Assembly (NCBI RefSeq): GCF_011745625.1
Contig: NW_027191466.1
Span: 434,001-498,000, forward strand
Direction of reading: 5' to 3'
Length of the DNA: 64,000 bases
Source: Cladosporium halotolerans
Lineage: Eukaryota
This document shows, one piece after another, positions 11,201-23,046 of this stretch (positions are counted from its first letter, which is position 1; the number at the start of each line of letters is the position of its first letter). The notes beneath the pieces are model-generated. The model did not search any database. It was given only the letters and a program-made list of their open reading frames with translations, and was not told the origin of the DNA. Both the position numbers and the translations under genes were made by a program.

Positions 11201-11655
11201 TGACAATGCAATTTGCTCTGATGCAAACCATATCCCGTGGTGAATCAGGCGATGCGCGTCGGAGTCCAGGGCACATGAAACCTGCACCGCACGATCCAGA
11301 TCCGGGCATATTCTATCTCGCAGCCATCCAGACGGCGTGACTCGCAGGGAAAGTTTATTCGTGATACTGGTATCAAGTGTATATGATGATAGGTCCTCAC
11401 GGGATGCGACACAGGGCCGGGAGAGAAAAGGCTTGATGAGCGGCCTTGCGCTGGGTTGCAGAGCGTGGCGGCTCGCGTGCCAGGACAGCCGCGGGGCGGC
11501 CTCTGGCAGCAGCCTCGCCAATCGCTGATTTTAATAGGACACCGGAAGCCATGAATAGTGTGCCATCTGCGCTGCAGCTCGTTCTGTTCCCTATCGGCGC
11601 TGGTGGCTTCGGTGGTGGTGTTGGCGTTGGTGGGCGTGCAGGGATGCCGACTTCC

Positions 11656-11661
11656 CACGTG
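11656..11661. promoter_or_regulatory. Candidate Pho4/NUC-1 bHLH site (CACGTG)
   Basis: E-box ~400 bp upstream of the phosphate transporter ATG. A single hexamer, so weak. Confidence 0.3.
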
Positions 11662-12064
11662 TTGCCTCAGGCGCATGCTGTTGGCTTTCGAATCGCCCGC
11701 CTCCGTTCTCAGCCATTGCAACCGACTTTGGTGTGACCAGATCTGGACGATGGTATCTCGCCACACCCGCGTTCGCATAGGCTTCCGCATCCACCGGACA
11801 CCGGACTGCCTGCTCCCGCCCGTCGTTGGCCAGTGAAGCCATGCTGTATGCACGCCGGCGAGGCTGCAAGTTGCCCGCCCAGGCCAGCATGGGCGTGCGG
11901 CCGCGAGAACACCTGAGCCGCAGCCACTCGAGAGTGATGCGGATCGAGGCGCCCTCATAAGCCTCGAATACCACGCAAACACGACGCCTGTTCCTCCTGT
12001 ACACACCCTACGTCCCTACATCCATCCCTGAACGACGAACAAGCTGATGCCTTAGAACTCCATC

Positions 12065-14037
12065 ATGGGCCAAGCTGGCAGCTCTTTTTTCTGGCCGGGC
12101 AGAGATCCAGAGGCGCGTGGAGCAGGAAAGGTAAAGAGGGTTTGCGCCTATGGGCATCGCTTCGACTCACATTTTCATAGACTCTAGAAAAAGCACGTCG
12201 GCATTTCATGCGATCGGTCGATGACTCTGGATTCAACTGGCTTGTCCTTATAGTCGCGGCTTCAGGATTCTTTACAGATTCCTACAACCTCTTTGCCTCC
12301 AATGTGATCCTACCGGCCCTGTCCTACGTCTACTGGGGCGAGGGACAACACGAAACAGCGTTATACTTCAACCTGGCAACGCTGGTAGCGTCCGCGTTTG
12401 GTCAGCTTGCTTTTGGCTACTTTGCAGATAGATACGGACGGAAGTCGCTATACGGCATCGAACTCATCATTGTAATCACAAGTACGATTGGGCTTCTTCA
12501 GTGCTCAAACGGCATCTCAGAAACAGTGAATGGCCTCACCGCGCACACGTGGGACATTGATGGCTGGATATTCTTCTGGCGAATTATCATGGGAATAGGG
12601 ATCGGCGCAGGTGAGATCGATGAGACTGTATGAGTGACACCGTGCTCATGTCATTACCAGAATATCCCCTTAGCGCTTGCATTGCAGCAGAGTGGTCATC
12701 TACAGAAGCCAGAGGCCGCATGCTTGCCACTGTATTTTTCATGCAGCCACTAGGTCAACTGTGTGCTTACGGAGCTGGTTTAACAACACTGCAAGCCTTC
12801 GGCGACTCGAAGATTGAAATTGATAAGCAGTGGCGATACGTCGTCGGTATTGGGACTCTTCCGACGCTTCTGGCACTCGGATTTCGCATTTTCATGCCTG
12901 AGAGTGGCAGGTACACGTACGAAGTCTTGCGGACTACGCCCCTGCAAAAGATTGAGCCTACTGGTACACGCCATGATGACTCGGATGCATCTACACGAAT
13001 CCAGCAGCCCGAAAATCAAGACGAAGTTGAAGACCAGATTTCCTGGTCCAAGATGTGGCATTTCCTCTATGTCGAAGGCCACTGGGCCGATCTATTCGGA
13101 ACGTCGATGTGCTGGGCGCTCTTGGACTTTGCGTTCTGTGAGTTCGCCTCCGTTTACCTCCCTTCACCAATCATTTCAATACTCCAAAATCTCTGCAAAA
13201 ATTATCACATGTCTAACAGCTTCGTAGATGGATTAGGCTTCAGCGCCCCTTCGACTCTTGAGAAACTGTGGGCTTACGGGCCTATTACCGACGACGCCAC
13301 AGAAAAGTCCATCGAAGTCAAGTTGAGAGAAAATATGAGACACGGCATCTTCACATTCTCGATCGCCGCCATCGCCGGGTCGATTTTCGTCATCGCGATC
13401 ATCGACTGGGTCAATCGTAAGCACATGCTTACGTTCACATTCTCGCTGCTCACCATCGTGCTGGCCTTGGCAGCAGCAACATTTGACAAGCTCTTTCAGA
13501 AAGGCGAGTTGCGCATCGTGCTGATCATGTTCTGGAACTTGATATCTTTCCTGTTCAGCGCTGGACCGAACACGTTGACGTTTATCGTAAGTCCATCGCT
13601 AACACGAGTTCAATATTGATGCTGCCTCGCGAGCCACTGACAACCTCAAGATCCCAGCCGAAGTTTTCCCAACAAAATTCCGCTGCACCCTCTACGGCTT
13701 CGCCGCCGCCTTCGGCAAGCTCGGTGCCGTTCTGGTGCAAATCGTCATCCTCAACATCCCGTCCCTCAGAAACGACCCCAATTCGTCCGATATCCAATAT
13801 TTGCTGGCCTCCTATGCGGGTTGCATGGCCTTGGGAGCGCTGTGCTCGCACTTCTTCGTGCCCAAGGTCCAGAGGAGATCTAATGCGGAGAACACAAGAC
13901 GAGGATGTTTCTGCGGCACACCCTCGACGCCATTTTATGCAAACATCCCCTTACAGGAGCTACCGCCAGAGCAGACGAGGTGGCGACGAAAACCCAAGGC
14001 GACTGATGGTGAAGAGCTTCGTGCTCTTCCGGCTTGA
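12065..14037 (+). CDS. Pho84-like phosphate:H+ symporter (MFS)
   Basis: Exons 12065-12130, 12181-12610, 12661-13137, 13228-13586, 13651-14037. GFFTDSYNLF, ADRYGRK, GIGIGAEYPLSA, FMQPLG, WALLDFAFY, GPNTLTFIIPAEVFPT, GKLGA. Confidence 0.88.
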
Positions 14038-14548
14038 TCATGACGCTCGCCTGGTGTAATGCGGATAAATGTTTGGTAGCTGTTGCTCAGTCTTAGTAAA
14101 GATTTAATACGGGTAGTTACGATCGGATTGCAAAGGGCGTGTGTGATTCCGGTTAAGGATTCGTTTCCGAGGACACGCGATTCTGGCTCCGTGACCTGCC
14201 CGGCGAACATGCCCGTGAAATATTTAAGACCGTAACAGGTCAGAGATGTATATCTTCCCTTCGCAATGGGTGACGGAGGTGAGCCGAGCGAGCGCGCATC
14301 GGCTGCCCATCCCGCCCACTGTTTCAGCGCTAGAGGATTCGAGTACTCTTCACGCTGTCCCAGAACCAGAACATATGATAATCCATTGTAGTGCATACAG
14401 TCCACTCTTCTGTCTGTAGGGAAGATAGATGGCATGAATCACTCTAGACCCTGGAAGTCGGCCGTTTCCCTCTTACTCTGTTTGAACGGCACGTACCATC
14501 AATCACCTGCTCGACGCCACCAAAGCACCATCCCCAAGATCACTTGCG

Positions 14549-15150
14549 ATGCCTCTTTCCGAGGCCGAACTTCTAGATCGCATTCGTAATCGTGCCCAAA
14601 GGTTGGAAACCCCTTCGCAACGGACACCAGACCGTGAAACGAATCTCAATAATGCAGACAACACCAAAAGGTAATTACAGGAGGATGGCCATCAGACTTG
14701 GGGCTGGGTGATCTACCGCTCTACCTACGAGAGTGACGAGGAATGGGCGGAATTCAAGTGGCGACTTCGCTATCACATTGAAGACACCCTACGATTTGAT
14801 AATGCATTCGACATGCAACAAAGCTTGAACTATCGAGTCTTTGAAGACCGGGATCAGTTCGACAGAGTGCATCCTTCTGCCGTCCTCGAGCAATTCACGT
14901 AATGGGTCGCGACAGCGCCACAGGAACAAGGTGAAGGCAACATATGGCACGCTCACAGCGATACGACTACTGCCTTCACGGTGACCAGGAAGCACTAAAC
15001 TCTGTCATCGACGAGCCAGCATCTCGAGCGGATACCTTAGGCAATGGGTTCTCTAACTTGGGTTGTCGAAGGATCTTGGGCGGAATGAGACCGGGGCACG
15101 CCTCCGGCCGGGACGAGCGAGACCATTGCTGGATGCGTATTACGTACAGA
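14549..15150 (+). pseudogene. Pseudogene of a conserved fungal hypothetical protein (WGWVIYRSTY type)
   Basis: ATG 14549; in-frame TAA at 14672 and 14900; frameshift near 14940 before SQRYDYCLHGDQEALNSV. 3' end approximate. Confidence 0.7.
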
Positions 15151-16128
15151 GCCTTAGACCCCAATGAGTACATGGGAGTTAAGGCTTTGACCTTCAACCT
15201 CGTTGATATGGTCTCTCAGCAACAAGTCGTGCCTCGATATCGGACTGCGCGCGGACCGCTCCTTGGGCTTGAACGTTGAGACTGATTAGTGCGCCTGGAG
15301 TTGGCTATCAATGCTGTCAGCCTCCGAGAGCATATCGAGTCTACAGTGACGACTCAGATTGCGTGCTGTCAGACTCTCCGGAATATGTCATCAACAACAG
15401 CGATCATCAGCGTGCTAGGATTACAGACAAAGCTACTCCTAGTACTCCCTTCAACAAGTACAAAGTACACGAGTGCGGGTCCTCACGCTTTTGGCTTAGC
15501 GGCAATTCGACCGCCTGCTCAACCTGAGGCACTTGATTTTGCCAAGAAAGATGAACCTCACTCTTCCCGACAGCCCTGCCACGACGTAGCCATAACCATT
15601 TACTTGAAGAAGGGTCTTTGTCCCACACTTCACTTCATGTACCATCGCACTGGCACAGTATCGAGGAAGATAACGTGGGTACCATGCTTTTCGTATGTGA
15701 CCTATTGACTGGGATCATCCCACGCCCGTGGCGCCGGTCACCCCACCTGCAGGATCCGGCTGCGCCTCGCGTGAGCCTGTCCATCTTTAGCAACCACGCC
15801 ATGCAGGTTGACTCGACGCCTGGGTGAGCCTCTTACATTGCCATCCCCTGCACCCTTGCCGATTTATGGCCACGCCATCACAAGATTACTATTATCGTAG
15901 TGCTTCGCCTTCGACCACTCCACTCGAAGCTGTGCAAACTGCTGCCCGGATAATGTGGTGCGCCCGGCTTGAGTATATGATGACTTTCTTTCTTGGTTTT
16001 CTTAGTTGGCACCTCTTGGAGTCTTCCACACATCGTACGCAGCATACTTTCGACTCGAGGCGGCCCAACTCGGGCTGGAGCCCGCGCACATCTCCTTGCT
16101 ATCTTTCGCTTATGCAATGCTCTCAAGC

Positions 16129-17559
16129 ATGATTTCCTACGTCAAACATGTGCCGTTAATGACTCTCATATACACGATTGGAGTAAGAGCCAGAATTCCA
16201 CAATCATTTGAAAGCAACGTTGATGTCACTGGCTCCCGGATTCACCGTCAAACCACGGACTCGCTCCATCTTTTCACGGTTCACGCCGCTTCCTGCCATA
16301 CTAGTACATCGCTGCCAGAGTCATTCTCCAGCATAGCCCACCCGAGCCGCATCGCCAACAGCTTGGCGACAACTCTATCAGGCGTACCTGAGGGTGTACC
16401 GCAGTCAGGCTCCAGTTTTGGCACCGAACCCTCAGCCCCGACGCCAGGGCTCCACAGCAGAGGATCGACCGACTTATCGTCTCACCAACGAAGCGTTACC
16501 ACCTCGCCCCTGCGTACTAGCACTTATCAACCACTTCCTCTTGCAGTCACTAATGTAATAACGGAACCTTCCTCGGACTCAGACCAACTCCTTGAAACAT
16601 CTGAGCAAGCTGCTTCATCTCCAGAAAACGCATTCACATCTCTCATTGCATCACCGAAATCAGTAATGTCGGCTCCGCAGTCGGCGGAAAGACCAGAAAA
16701 CGCCCTTGATGTACTGCTTTCTGCTCTGCCTAGCGACATCGCATCAAGCATCGAGGCAGGATACAACGTCTTGACACAAGAGCTTGCCGCCACAAGCAAC
16801 CCCGGTGCAACACGACCTACATTCAACCCTGCTGGCATTCCAACCTCGATATCCCAACCAACGCAGCATGGAAGCACTTCGCATGAGCGTCCACAGTCGG
16901 AATACACAGCACGGCCAACCTCACAGCCTAGTGATCGCCCGAATCGTACATCATCACCGACGGCGGACGAAACGTCAAGGCCAACATCACCACCACTGTT
17001 CCGCCCTACGTCAACTCCATCTGATCAGCCTGCGACTCAAATGCCTACCACCCTCTCGACGATGACATCTTCCACGGCGATATCGCCCTCCAGCACCACA
17101 ACATCCACAAACGCCAGCAACTCCACCACGAATGCCGAAGCCACACGACCCAGCGTCTCCCCCTCCCAACAGCAATCCAACGGCACCATAGCCGGTGTCG
17201 CGACTGGCGCAGCCGCCGGTGTAGTCCTAATCGTCCTCGCCCTCTTTTTCTTCCTCCGCCGCCGACAGCGTAAGCGCGCCGCTACACCGGACCCCAAGCA
17301 AGCTTTCCCAGAAGTCGCCTGGCTCTACGATCCACCTCGTTCGCCGCCGAGATCTATTTCGCCGCCGCCACAGATCGGAGCGATCGCAGGGATTGGCCCG
17401 ACGCGGGTACCGCAGCGGAGCAGCAGCTCGCACGCGCCGGAAGTGGTCGTACCAGAGAGTGAGCCGCTTATGGCGCCGGGGAGAGCGGCGACGAGGGATA
17501 ATAGCCCAAGTGGTGGTGGGAGGGGGAGGAGTGCAAGCCCGGGTGGACCAGCGAGGTGA
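16129..17559 (+). CDS. Ser/Thr/Pro-rich single-pass membrane protein (Mid2/mucin-like sensor)
   Basis: Signal-like MISYVKHVPLMTLIYTIGVRA, long S/T ectodomain, TM GTIAGVATGAAAGVVLIVLALFFFL followed by RRRQRKR. Start uncertain. Confidence 0.75.
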   Translation: MISYVKHVPLMTLIYTIGVRARIPQSFESNVDVTGSRIHRQTTDSLHLFTVHAASCHTSTSLPESFSSIAHPSRIANSLATTLSGVPEGVPQSGSSFGTEPSAPTPGLHSRGSTDLSSHQRSVTTSPLRTSTYQPLPLAVTNVITEPSSDSDQLLETSEQAASSPENAFTSLIASPKSVMSAPQSAERPENALDVLLSALPSDIASSIEAGYNVLTQELAATSNPGATRPTFNPAGIPTSISQPTQHGSTSHERPQSEYTARPTSQPSDRPNRTSSPTADETSRPTSPPLFRPTSTPSDQPATQMPTTLSTMTSSTAISPSSTTTSTNASNSTTNAEATRPSVSPSQQQSNGTIAGVATGAAAGVVLIVLALFFFLRRRQRKRAATPDPKQAFPEVAWLYDPPRSPPRSISPPPQIGAIAGIGPTRVPQRSSSSHAPEVVVPESEPLMAPGRAATRDNSPSGGGRGRSASPGGPAR

Positions 17560-18086
17560 GCGTTGTTTTGAGAATGATGAAGAGATGTAATATTGTACGC
17601 GCGCATTGAGATACCACGCCCAAAAAAGGCTCATTAGATTTCTTGAACTCAGCATAGGGCTTCGAGGGATACGCGAGCATGGCGTTCATTGTTATGTAGT
17701 TTTCTCTTCGAAACTCATGTATTACGATACGCGAGCGAGTCTGCGCTCAATTTACACTACGTTTGCGATTGCTAGCATTTATACAATGGGGATAGACCTG
17801 CCTCCTTGGATCATCCAATAGGCCAAACTCCGTAATTAGAACAATGATTCAGATCCTTTCTAGCTCCCGATGTGTATCGCCGAACTCCTAATTGAGATCC
17901 CGTGATATCATGACCCTATGTTTTGTGAGCTGGTCCGCACGTACAAGTTGAGTACAGCTGCTTGCAGTGCCAAATCTCCGACCGAGGAGCCGCGCCTCTA
18001 GGTACGGGTGTCTGAGCACTCAACCTGCCTACGCCTCAGGTTCGACTTCATCAGCTGACCACGCCCACGTCAGAGCGTAAAGATGA

Positions 18087-20276
18087 TCAGCCAATGTGCG
18101 CCTCGTCGTGCTCAGCCAGTCTACCCAGCCACTTAGGCCCTTGGCCGTCATCCCACAAGCCACCGGGGCCTCGAGGTAACGCGCGTTCGCCCTCGATCAG
18201 AACCCTTGGCCCTCGCCCCGACTGCTCGACCTCCATTATCCATTCAGGCTTGCTCGTGCCGTCTTCCAGCACACGCTGCAGCTCCGGCGGCCTTGAGGTC
18301 TTTTGCACTTCCGCCGCCAGCTCTGGCAGGACGGTGTCGTGAAGATTGAAGTCGCCGCGTAAAGTGGCCGCCACGCCGTCGGCCCAGCGCAGACCGATAT
18401 GTTGAGAGATGAAATCGAAGCGGCCGAGGATCCAGGCTAGCTGCGCTATGGCTGCTGACGAGCTTGCGTTCATGGCGTTGTTGCCGTTGCTGGCACTTTG
18501 GCCGATGCGCTCGAGGACGCAGGTTCCCGCAAAGAAGAGAGGCCAGATCGAGTTGTAAGCCGTAATGAGGACACACGGTGATGAAAAGGCAGGTCGTGAG
18601 TGGCCCAGAGATACTGGGATAGTTGCGCAGATTTCGTCTGTTAGTTGACGGCGGATGGCGCGGAAGTATGAGTGCTGAGACTGGCGTGCTGCAGGGGAGG
18701 GATTGAAGCGGAGAGCGAGCAGCTCTTGTGTGCGGGTGACCATGATTCGCACACCTCGACACATGTTCCAGACACCCGGGGCTGGGAGGCAAGCATATGC
18801 GTGGACCATCCCGTTCCAAACCTCGGGGGAATCGTCCACTTGTAAGTCATAGTATCTCCATCGTTCTTCCGTCGCCACTGTGTCAATGCTCCATTGCACC
18901 ATGCGCCTGTCGATGTCTGCAACCTCGGCCAGTGCTTGCTCGTCGGATATTTGATTGATCTTGAGTTTGTGCTCGAGTTTCGCGTAATCGTAGCAGATGT
19001 CGCTGATGACGTCTGCAGGACGTATGAGATCGGGATCTTTATCCTGCGCTTGAAGATCCACATTCCATTCTATCAGGAACGGCGGTGGTTCAAGTTCATC
19101 CCAGATGCAATGTATCAACTGTGATATCTTGATTAGCCTGGTAATCGCACGGGTACGGATATTGATCCAGGGTGGGAATGATATAATGGATGTAAAGGAT
19201 CTAGAGCCTCACTTACTATCTGCGATCGCGTCTCCCTAAACAACGCGCGGCCTGCGGAAGACTTGAACTGAGCTTTGCCTCGCATTTTCAACAGCTGCGT
19301 GGCGCCTGCAACATGCGCTTTCCATGACTGAATGGATTGCTTGCTGTCACATACGAGGTTCTGGTCACTAGAGTCAGCAGGTGAAAAGCTAGAACTTGAG
19401 GGGTGTACCCACCTCGAAGAAGCTGAGCATAGATACGGCAATGAGACTTTCGTCCGTCTTACTTCGCTCCGGATCCCGTAGTGCCGTGTTGAGGAGTGTG
19501 ATTGCGTTCATATACATGCTTCGTGACCATGCTCGGCCGTGGGGAACATTCTGCACGTTCTCCAACGCCGCCATCCCGCATGCCTTGATGGCCATAGTTA
19601 GGCAGGGATCCAGCCGCGGGGTTTCTGCATATTTAAGAATGTAGTCCCAGTGCCCGCTTGCTGTGAAGCAATTAAGAAAGTACGAGGTGGCGATCTCATC
19701 AGGCTTGGGTCCGAGCGCTGCCGGTATCGAATACAGGTCGTACTCATGTGCGTCATCTCCTAATGTTGATTGCGAAGAGGTCTCACGTAATGGGAAAAAG
19801 TAGGTCTCGAACTCTCCGTACACATCAACGGTGCCCTCGCTACTTGACGAGGAATCGCTGTAACAAGTCTGAGGAGTAAGGGTACCCGACGGCGTCGCGG
19901 ATCCTGAACAGAGATTCAGCTTCCCGAACTGTCGTCTAGATTGCGGTATTAAAGATCGTTCGGAACGCGCTTGTGAATTTTGAAAGCTAGGCACTTGAGT
20001 GGACCAGGTCGGGTCAGGAGTCGGGGTTGCAGTGCTAGACTTGGCGAAGTTTGTATGTGAAGTGATTGGTAGCACCTGCTGTGCCTTTTTCCTCTCGGCT
20101 TTTCGGGTGACAGAAAGGGTTTCATCCTGTATTTGCAAGCCTGTGGTGTCGCGGTACCCAGAGCAGGGCTTGTTGAGCTTCACACATCGGGAGCAGGCAG
20201 GCTGCTCGAGAGTGCACTTCTTCTTCGCTTTGCGACAGTTCTCGCAGCCAGCAGATGGCTTGCCGCGGTAGACCAT
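18087..20276 (-). CDS. Zn(II)2Cys6 transcription factor
   Basis: MVYRGKPSAGCENCRKAKKKCTLEQPACSRCVKLNKPC. Exons 20276-19413, 19360-19217, 19118-18087. HVAGATQLLKMRG motif. Confidence 0.92.
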
Positions 20277-21032
20277 TTTGCTAATATGTGGAGCAGATAT
20301 TGAGTTGATCGACGTAGTTAGCTCGCCTCAGATTGGGATCAATTTGGCGGCGACACAGTCGTACTTGGGATTAAGAATAATTGACGATATATCGCATCCT
20401 CGGTCACGAGACAGCGCTTTTCGTTTCCTCAAGACGACATGGCAGATAAGACACCGCCAGGGTAGTGCGAGCGGTACGGATGGAGTTCAGCTGAAGGCAC
20501 AGCCTCCTGCGCATGTCCTAGTGCGAGGCTTCGGCGATTCCAGAAGGTAAGCGGCATCCAGATATCTTGGCCAAGTCTCGGATGAATAGCAGGTAGACAA
20601 CACGGATGACAACTCAGACAGGACAGAGACTCTGCTGACCTCCCACCACGCCGTCCCTGTGGTCTCCGACGTGGTCTGCCACAGCCGCGAGGTGCCTTCG
20701 GCTGTCATCTCGCGACGCCGAAAGGCGGGCTCGCGCACCGGCCCGCGGCCCGCACCGCAAAAGCCCATGACACTAGCGGCCCTCGAAGCTGCCAAGCATC
20801 CACACCTGCGCGAAATCGTTTTCACGCAGCGCCTTTGGTGAATTTGAAGATTCGACTCGACAAGGAAAGGGACACCACCTACCACCGCCAAATACCGACA
20901 AGGTATGTACGAACACCGCGACGAGTAGCACACATCGACAAGCGCAACGCACAATTCGCCGATCGACCGCACCTCGCCGCACCGCCTGCACCCGCACAGT
21001 CGCAGCATTGGCTAACAGCGCAATTTGTACAG

Positions 21033-21798
21033 ATGGGCGCCCACAAGTACCTCGAGGAGCTGCAGAAGAAGAAGCAGAGCGATGTCATGCGCTTCCTGCT
21101 CCGCGTTCGCTGCTGGGAGGTACGACAAACCATCACCTGAAAAAGAGCGACATAAGACGCTTCGTCCGTCTGTGTCTTGGGGTACTCGTTGAACATTTGC
21201 TGAGAGTACTTTCATACAGCTCCGCCAGTTGAACGTCATCCACCGCGCCTCGCGCCCCAGCCGTCCCGACAAGGCTCGCCGTCTGGGCTACAAGGCCAAG
21301 CAGGGCTACGTTATCTACCGTGCCCGCGTCCGCCGCGGTGGCCGCAAGCGCCCTGCCCCCAAGGGTGCCACCTACGGTACGCAGGAGCAATGCACATGTC
21401 GATAAAGTCGCAGTACTAACTGCAGAACAGGCAAGCCCACCAACCAGGGTATCAACCAGCTCAAGTACCAGCGTGCCCTCAAGTCCACCGCTGAGGAGCG
21501 TGTCGGCCGCCGTTGCGCCAACCTGCGCGTCCTGAACTCCTACTGGATCAACCAGGACTCCACCTACAAGTACTACGAGGTCATCCTCGTCGACCCGCAG
21601 CACAAGGCCATCCGCCGTGACGCCCGCATCAACTGGATCGTCAACCCGGTGCACAAGCACCGTGAGGCTCGCGGTCTCACCGCCACTGGCAAGCAGTCCC
21701 GTGGTATCAACAAGGGCCACAAGTACAACAACACCTCTGCCGGCAGGAGAAAGACCTGGAAGAGGCAGAACACCCTGTCCCTGTGGCGCTACAGGTAA
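21033..21798 (+). CDS. RPL15: 60S ribosomal protein eL15
   Basis: [29 protein letters not shown]...LSLWRYR. Exons 21033-21119, 21220-21376, 21431-21798, plus a 5'-UTR intron at 20903-21032. Confidence 0.98.
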
Positions 21799-23046
21799 AC
21801 GGTTTCTTGAAGTTGGGATTTGGCAGGCGTTTCTGTTTGTCATTTCTCGCTCGGGCTTCCGGACTACTACGAATTCCCAATGTCTTTGGCGTGTGCGGTG
21901 GCATATGGAATGGGCAAAATCGACATCACCTTGCATAGCAGGGCGTATGCTAGTACTCCTGGGAGGAATTCAAAAGCCCATATTCAACCGCGTTCAAGCT
22001 GTGTTAGTGCGTTTTTACAAAAGTTCTCATGTTTGATACCCCTACCCACGATCTTCGAAAGCCTGTCATCGTGTCCCAATAGTTGCCTCTCATCAACAAG
22101 CGTGGAGTTCATGCCGATGGGATAATAGTCCATTTACCAGTGGCTCCAATGGCAACCGGGTTCTGCATTACGCTTCCTTGGCGACATTGAGATAGGGGAC
22201 TAGGTTTGTTGTCACACAATCGAACCCCACGGCCAGCGAAGGCAAGGTGTGTACGCCCATCGGTGGGGTGATCTCAGCCTTGACGCCAATATCTCACACA
22301 AAATGTCAATACCAAACGCCTGTGGCGCGAGCGGCAGGACAGAGCCAGAACAATGCAGTATGATGTATCTGGCCAAATCATGGTCTATTACCAAAAAGTG
22401 AACCCTGAGAAGACTGTAGGTACGGGGCAATGCTTGTTCGGTCAAAGTCGCAAATTTGGCGATCGTTCGTATTCGTGATGCGCTTGTCACGTTCCAGTCA
22501 ATTATGGGGAAAGGCCGGACATTGCAGCATGCTGTTGCGAGTCAAACAGTACGATCGAAATACTTCGCGTGTTCTGCTTGTTCTATTCTTAATACGCAAT
22601 CGTAGCCCTACCACTGTTCCTTCTTTATCCACTCCCTACCCGAGTGTGAAGAAGTGGCGTCTGCATCTTGAGCTGCCGTGCTTTCCCCCTCGCCTTGACC
22701 AACACACTTCTTGGCCTTTTGCGTTCACGGCACCTCTTCCGACTTCGATCAGTCATTCGACCGTTGACAGGGCTGACGCGTTTCTCGCGGAGCGACTACC
22801 CCCTTGGTGAGGGGAAGCGAAGTGGGAACTCCTTCGGGCGGCACTCCTTCAGGGCGTGGAAGCCCGGACTACGTCAGCTTTAAGGCAGCGAAACGGCCGG
22901 TCGCATTCGGACGCGCGACAACATCCGTCCCTGTCCTGGGCAGAGTGGTGCATCTGGCACTGATCGGCGACAGACGCTTCGCCATCTGTACTGCAGCTGC
23001 GCCGTGTGATCGTCGCGAAGGATTGCGATGCCTCGCTGCAGCCGGC

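Noticed and set aside
18030..18055. GGTTCGA tRNA T-loop-like words (also near 22220, 34430, 41850, 44626)
   Set aside because: None has a paired T-stem or a cloverleaf.
22804..23046. Non-ATG N-terminal extension of the HECT ORF
   Set aside because: Looks like 5'-UTR; the first ATG at 23047 gives a plausible MPPTWPSR start.
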